Below the pieces are notes generated by a model. It worked only from the letters and a program-made list of their open reading frames with translations. It did not search any database and was not told the DNA's origin. DNA of 64,000 bases from Nitrospiraceae bacterium (GTDB lineage Bacteria; Nitrospirota; Nitrospiria; Nitrospirales; Nitrospiraceae), in contig JBFWWG010000001.1 of NCBI GenBank assembly GCA_050246315.1, forward strand, positions 160,001-224,000. The letters run 5' to 3'. The translations under genes and the position numbers were made by a program. Numbering within the stretch: position 1 is the stretch's first letter; each line of letters starts with the position of its first letter. This document shows, one piece after another, positions 59,246 through 64,000 of the stretch.

Positions 59246-60490
59246 TTACTCTGCCTTCGCGTCGGCCGGGGATTCGGCGGCTGCGTTTGACGGATTCGAT
59301 GGGTGATCGGGCGCCGGAGGCGACTCCACGCTCCCCTCCGCTCCTCCCGCAGGTCGATCGACCGGAACCGGTTTCACCGGCGCTCCGGGCTGAATCCGGT
59401 GGACGCCATCCACGATCACGCGCTCGCCTCCCTTGAGTCCGTCTTCAATCAACCACTGCGTGCCTTGCCAACTGGTCGCCTGGACGGGACGAATTTCCAC
59501 CTTGTCGCCGTCGCCGATGACGAAGACGATCGGTCCCTTTGGCCCCTGTTGAACCGCCCGTTGCGGAACCAATATCGCGGACGGTCTCGTATAGCCCTTG
59601 ACCCGCACCCTGACGAACTGTCCGGGGAGAAGCGCGCCGGTCGGATTGGGAAAGACGAATCGTGCGTCGCGAGATCCCGTGTCCGTTCGCAATCCCACGT
59701 CCAATAGATCCAACGCCCCTTCCTGCGAATAGACGGAGCCGTCGGCGAAAGTAATCACGGCCTTCAGACGATACTGGTCCGGTTGCTCCATCTGCCGAGA
59801 GGCCAACTCGCGGCGCTGTTGGAGGATATAGGCCTCGGGGAGGCTCGCGGTCACATACATCGGATCGATCTGATGGATGACGGTCAGCAAGTCGGTCTGG
59901 GCCGCCACCAGCCGGCCTTCGTACACCTTGGTCCGCTCGATCATGCCGCTGATCGGTGCGATGATGACCGTGTTGTCCAAATCGAACTTGGCCTTAACCA
60001 ACTGTCCCTTCGCGGCCTCCAGCGCGGCCTTGGCCGCCAACTCCTCCGCCACCGCATCGTCCACGTCCTTTTGGCTCACCGCCTGCTCTGCCAACAACGG
60101 CTTGACGCGGGCCAAGTTCTGTTTGGCCTGTACCAACCGCGCTTCCGCCTGCGCGACCGTGGCCTTGGCCGTCAGGACCGCGGCCTCGAACGGGACACGA
60201 TCGATACGATAGAGCTTGGCACCCTGCTTGACACCCCGGCCTTCCCTGAAGAAGCGCTCTTTGATAATCCCCGTGACTTGTGAACGGATCTCGACCGGTC
60301 GCGATGACTCCGACTGCGCCACAAACTCCGGCTCCTCGGCCAGCGACTGTGTCGTCACCGTCGCCACCTGAACCTCGGGTGGCCCGGGAGCCGGCAAAGA
60401 GGCCGCCTCCTGTTTGCAAGCCGCCAGCCCGACCCCGAGGCTGAGCGCCAAGGCCCCGACCTGAATCAACTGGTGAACCGTCTTACCCAT
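59246..60490 (-). CDS. RND periplasmic adaptor (AcrA-like lipoprotein)
   Basis: LAAC lipobox, EIRSQVTGII, APISG, LLPGQFV, LVPQRAV. Confidence 0.93.
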   Translation of the reverse strand: MGKTVHQLIQVGALALSLGVGLAACKQEAASLPAPGPPEVQVATVTTQSLAEEPEFVAQSESSRPVEIRSQVTGIIKERFFREGRGVKQGAKLYRIDRVPFEAAVLTAKATVAQAEARLVQAKQNLARVKPLLAEQAVSQKDVDDAVAEELAAKAALEAAKGQLVKAKFDLDNTVIIAPISGMIERTKVYEGRLVAAQTDLLTVIHQIDPMYVTASLPEAYILQQRRELASRQMEQPDQYRLKAVITFADGSVYSQEGALDLLDVGLRTDTGSRDARFVFPNPTGALLPGQFVRVRVKGYTRPSAILVPQRAVQQGPKGPIVFVIGDGDKVEIRPVQATSWQGTQWLIEDGLKGGERVIVDGVHRIQPGAPVKPVPVDRPAGGAEGSVESPPAPDHPSNPSNAAAESPADAKAE

Positions 60491-60639
60491 GCCGATCTTC
60501 TCCAAATTAAGAGTCTCTGATGTCTCTTCCGTGCGATCGCTCCAGGCGGCGCGCGTCAATTCTAGCGACGACCTCCGCCGACAACAAGCCTTATCTCGGA
60601 GCTTCCTTCGCACCGGCCGACATGGCCTCGCCACCGATC

Positions 60640-60960
60640 TCAGTGGCACTGCCCTGCCGAACCGATCGATCGGTCCCGCGAGCGATTCCGGCAGGACTCG
60701 GTCACATCGTCGACGATCGCCCTGGTCAGACAGCCTCCCGCACGAAACGTCGCGCCTTGCCGGCAGAGGGAGACCAAGAGCGCCTTACCGCCGGCGTCGA
60801 TATAGGTGGTCTCTCGGAGGTCAATCACAGCGGTCTCCCGATCAGACGGGGCCGTCTGAGACCAGCACTGTTCCAATTCACGCACCCATGGCCCTGCCAG
60901 CTTTCCCGCTAACGCAAACGTCTTGCCTTGCTCGTCCTGTGACACCGTAATTTTCAACAT
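60640..60960 (-). CDS. STAS-like domain protein
   Basis: LAGKLAGPWV.EL, IDL.ETTYIDAGG..LL. Confidence 0.75.
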   Translation of the reverse strand: MLKITVSQDEQGKTFALAGKLAGPWVRELEQCWSQTAPSDRETAVIDLRETTYIDAGGKALLVSLCRQGATFRAGGCLTRAIVDDVTESCRNRSRDRSIGSAGQCH

Positions 60961-61083
60961 GGATCTTCATCCTCACCGGCGCGGTTCGTCGGGCACAGCA
61001 TCCCATTTCAGTCTATGCAATCCATTTGATTCAGCGAGCAGACCCCGCTTGCGACCCCTCCTTCACGCAAGATCTCACTCTCT

Positions 61084-61512
61084 CTAATGCTCCATCCACC
61101 GACGGATGTGCTCGACCGCTTCCGCCTTTTGTTCGGGCGTCAGGCTCGCATGCCACTCCGCCACCTTAGGCAGCACCTTGTCCAGTGTCTGCCGTTGCAA
61201 CGCTTGATGCTGTTCAAAGAGTCGAACCAATTTGGTCTGGTCCAACCGATCGCTCTGCACCTGTGCGAGCAAGGTCTCCATCAAGGCCCGGTGTTCTTGT
61301 TGTGCCGATGCCCGCGCCGCGAGGAATTCATCCTTCGCCGCGGCGAGCTTCGTCTTCTGTGTCGCGTCCAATTCCAACTCCTTGGCGACTTTGTCCGCCA
61401 TCCACTGCGCCCGCTCGGCCGGACTCTGGGGACGATGACAGGCCGAGGCGGTCAGGGTGACCGTCGCCAAGGCGGCGAACAGAATGGTTTTCAGCCGTAT
61501 CTGGGATTTCAT
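61084..61512 (-). CDS. Spy/CpxP-like periplasmic lipoprotein
   Basis: ASAC lipobox; LELDATQK and LTPEQK motifs; helical. Confidence 0.78.
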   Translation of the reverse strand: MKSQIRLKTILFAALATVTLTASACHRPQSPAERAQWMADKVAKELELDATQKTKLAAAKDEFLAARASAQQEHRALMETLLAQVQSDRLDQTKLVRLFEQHQALQRQTLDKVLPKVAEWHASLTPEQKAEAVEHIRRWMEH

Positions 61513-61583
61513 TGGGTGCTCCCTCCGTTAATCGTGAACCATAGAGCTCGATCGCTCTTCGTCATCGATGCCCATCCTCGTCG

Positions 61584-61715
61584 TCATCGGCCGGGCTCTT
61601 GGCGCCGCACCGATGCCGGTTTCATGGCCCAATCCCTGGCCAGCACCCCGATCAGCCACACAGGCAATCCGAGCAACAACAGGTACCATCCGGCCCAAAG
61701 TATGATGTTATTCAT
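61584..61715 (-). CDS. Putative 43-aa single-pass membrane protein
   Basis: GAGGTG SD; MNNIILWAGWYLLLLGLPVWLIGVLARDW...; below the ORF-track length cutoff. Confidence 0.5.
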   Translation of the reverse strand: MNNIILWAGWYLLLLGLPVWLIGVLARDWAMKPASVRRQEPGR

Positions 61716-62144
61716 CGCTTCACCTCTTTCCTCTCGTCTTTCTTCATCATCTGAAATCTGCTGTTCCCACTAGTGCTCTTGAGCAAGGGGCGTTCCTTTT
61801 TTCAAGCCACGCGGATCGCTCGTAACTCATTGACAAATTTTCAGTCCTCGACCTGAGACCCAGCAGCGTCGGTACCTTCGCTTCACATCGTCGATGCCGA
61901 CTACTCGTCACCTGCCGATAATTCGGCACCAGTCCTCGGCCGCTCAAACCAGGATGAATTCTTCTGTCAATGAAGATGAAACTGCTGCTGATTGATTGGC
62001 AAGGGATGCGGGTAGGCCTCGATCACCTGAGGCAAGCTCGGCATACTGCCATGTCCCGTGATGAGGCAGCCCATAAGGCTCGCTGAGCGATCAGGTGAAC
62101 GGGTGGGAGAGAGGACGAGGGTGTGAGCCGGTGCGCCAGGTCGG

Positions 62145-62831
62145 TTAGGCGCTCCGCTTCACAGCGAACAAATAGAGTTTCTCCAATGGGACTTCGAACT
62201 CGTAGGGTCTTCGCGTCACGGTCTCCTCCACGTCAAATCCGGCCTCGGTCGCATAGCCCGCCAACTCCGCCGGTTCGAAGAGCGTGGCATCCAGCGAGAC
62301 GGGCTGCCCGAACCGCTCATCGGCATGAAGGTCCTGTTGCCCCCGATGACACCCCACCAGGAGACGGCCGTTCTTTCCTAGCACGCGCGCCATGTCCTGG
62401 AGCACCGGCACCACGTGATTCCGACGAAGGTGAATCAACGAGTAGAAGGCCACGATCGCTCCCAACGAACCGGCCCGCAGATCCAGCGCCCGCATGTCGC
62501 CGACCTGGAACGGGATCGCCGGGTATCGGCGCCTCGCCAGGTCGATCATGCGGGGGGAGAGGTCGAGACCGAAAGCCTGGGCCCCACGCAGACGCAGGTA
62601 CGCGGTGACGTGGCCCGGTCCACACCCAAGGTCGCAGACAGGACCGTGAACCAATTCCGCAAACCGGTTCAAGAGGGCTTGATCGAAAGGCGCCCGACCG
62701 AGGTCATTCGCGTAGGCGTCGGCATAGAACTTGGCGATTCGGTCATAATCACCGGCGAGATCGGGATTCCAATGGCCTTCCTGCTGGGTCATGTCAACGT
62801 GCGGCGGATGGTCAACTGCCTTGTCGATCAT
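62145..62831 (-). CDS. Class I SAM-dependent methyltransferase
   Basis: DLGCGPG, GLDLS, GDM, FYSLIH. Confidence 0.9.
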   Translation of the reverse strand: MIDKAVDHPPHVDMTQQEGHWNPDLAGDYDRIAKFYADAYANDLGRAPFDQALLNRFAELVHGPVCDLGCGPGHVTAYLRLRGAQAFGLDLSPRMIDLARRRYPAIPFQVGDMRALDLRAGSLGAIVAFYSLIHLRRNHVVPVLQDMARVLGKNGRLLVGCHRGQQDLHADERFGQPVSLDATLFEPAELAGYATEAGFDVEETVTRRPYEFEVPLEKLYLFAVKRSA

Positions 62832-62925
62832 GCATCAGGCAACCATCGTGGGTAATCTCGCATGATTCGTGAAGGCTGCTACGGCCCATTGCTCACTCCA
62901 GCATCGGACGATCGGCCTGCCAGGC

Positions 62926-63287
62926 TCAGGCATCGATCAACACCTTGAATCCGCCGTAGACCATTCGCTTAGCATCGAAGGGCATGGAGTTGGCATCGCA
63001 CATTCCTGCGATCCTCGGATCCTTCATCACTCGCGCGTTGACGCGGTCACGATGCGCGCGCGACTTGTACAGGATGTAGGCGAACACCACCGTCTCGCCA
63101 GGCTTGGCCTTGGCGCTTTTCGGAAACGGAACTCCCATCTTGGTGTTGAGATCGTCGCCGGCGCATTCCTTGTAATCCAGCGCGCCATGCTCTCGCCAGA
63201 TCTTGCTCGCCTTCTGAGCCATGCGGCGGTAGGCTGAAAGTTTTTCTTCGGAACAGGCAAGAGAAATCCATCGAGATAGCGTGGCAT
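62926..63287 (-). pseudogene. DUF1428 family protein with a 1-nt frameshift
   Basis: MPRYLDGFLLPVPKK in one frame; AYRRMA...EHGALDYKEC..DD...PFDAKRMVYGGF in another; break at the A-run near 63240. Confidence 0.8.
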
Positions 63288-63499
63288 TCGAACCTCCTTT
63301 GTACGCTCACCTCCTGTTCGTCTCCTGCCCGCACGGTTCCGTTCTCAATGATCCCTTCGGATCGGCCACTCGACCCGTCTCCAACCACGCCCAACATCCG
63401 CGCGGGAGTCGGCTGTGGCATCGCACCCGGTTCCACAGCACCGCGTCACAGGGGCCACCCAGCCTGCCGACCTCCGCCATTCACGCACTTCCGCCCGAG

Positions 63500-64000
63500 T
63501 CATGGCTTCCGCTTATACGTGATCTCCATCATCTTCGATTCCTTTTCGCCATGATGCGCCCCATACATCTCAATCGCCTGAGTATGGTCGTCCACGATCT
63601 TCCATACCGCACGATGCGTCATCTTTCCTCCTCCCGGCTCAGGGTGCGAGCCGTTGAGCGTGATGGTCTTGCCATCCGGGCCGGCCGTGCCTTCCATAAT
63701 GAAAATCCCTGTGCCCATCGAATCCATCCAGGCCGTCACGTACTTCTCGGTCATGTTGTCGTAGGCGTCGATGCCGATTCCGGAGAAGGGTTGCCCCATC
63801 ATCTGGCCGTGAAATTCCTGGTAGAGAAAGCGTCCATCCAACAACATCTTTATCTCCGCGGTGCCGGTGGATTCCGCCGGAGGCTTCCCCGGCTCCATCC
63901 ACTCCTTGGTGGTGGTCGTCCAGCTCCCTACCAGACTCGCGAAGAGCTGATGCGGTGCTCCGGGCTGGGCGAGTTTCTTCCACAGCTCCATCATCTCTTG
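63500..64000 (-). CDS. DUF1579 family protein (5'-truncated by the window edge)
   Basis: PGAPH..F..LVGSW, LDGRF, YDN...KYV..W.DSMGT, MEITYKR. Confidence 0.83.
   Translation of the reverse strand, partial: QEMMELWKKLAQPGAPHQLFASLVGSWTTTTKEWMEPGKPPAESTGTAEIKMLLDGRFLYQEFHGQMMGQPFSGIGIDAYDNMTEKYVTAWMDSMGTGIFIMEGTAGPDGKTITLNGSHPEPGGGKMTHRAVWKIVDDHTQAIEMYGAHHGEKESKMMEITYKRKP

Overview
GC-rich bacterial chromosomal window; gene content and intergenic repeat styles suggest a Nitrospira-like chemolithoautotroph (inference only). From left to right it holds: (1) the end of a hyf-like (Ehr) operon whose large subunit lacks Ni-binding cysteines; (2) a convergent dabB-dabA-PII(SbtB-like)-histidine kinase-sigma54 regulator cluster for inorganic carbon uptake; (3) lpxC, suhB and housekeeping genes, with an unannotated promoter-leader-12-aa Lys-rich peptide-terminator unit between them; (4) an accessory cluster of a secreted protein, a membrane-anchored TIR protein and three paralogous exported trypsin-like proteins (two with FGE-sulfatase/C-type-lectin domains), interrupted by a GIY-YIG gene embedded in REP-like palindromes and a polarised 22-bp tandem array; (5) vapBC, trehalose (otsA with an N-terminal membrane sensor-like module, otsB, GH15) and ppk2 genes; (6) tmRNA flanked by decayed toxin-antitoxin and restriction-modification fragments and several MITEs, including two ~500-bp hairpin-rich ISL3-type non-autonomous elements; (7) an RND efflux cluster and small accessory genes. 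The most promising candidate systems are the TIR/trypsin/FGE cluster, the GIY-YIG + repeat unit, the tiny Lys-rich peptide unit and the structured ISL3-type element. All calls come from manual reading of motifs; no database searches were run.
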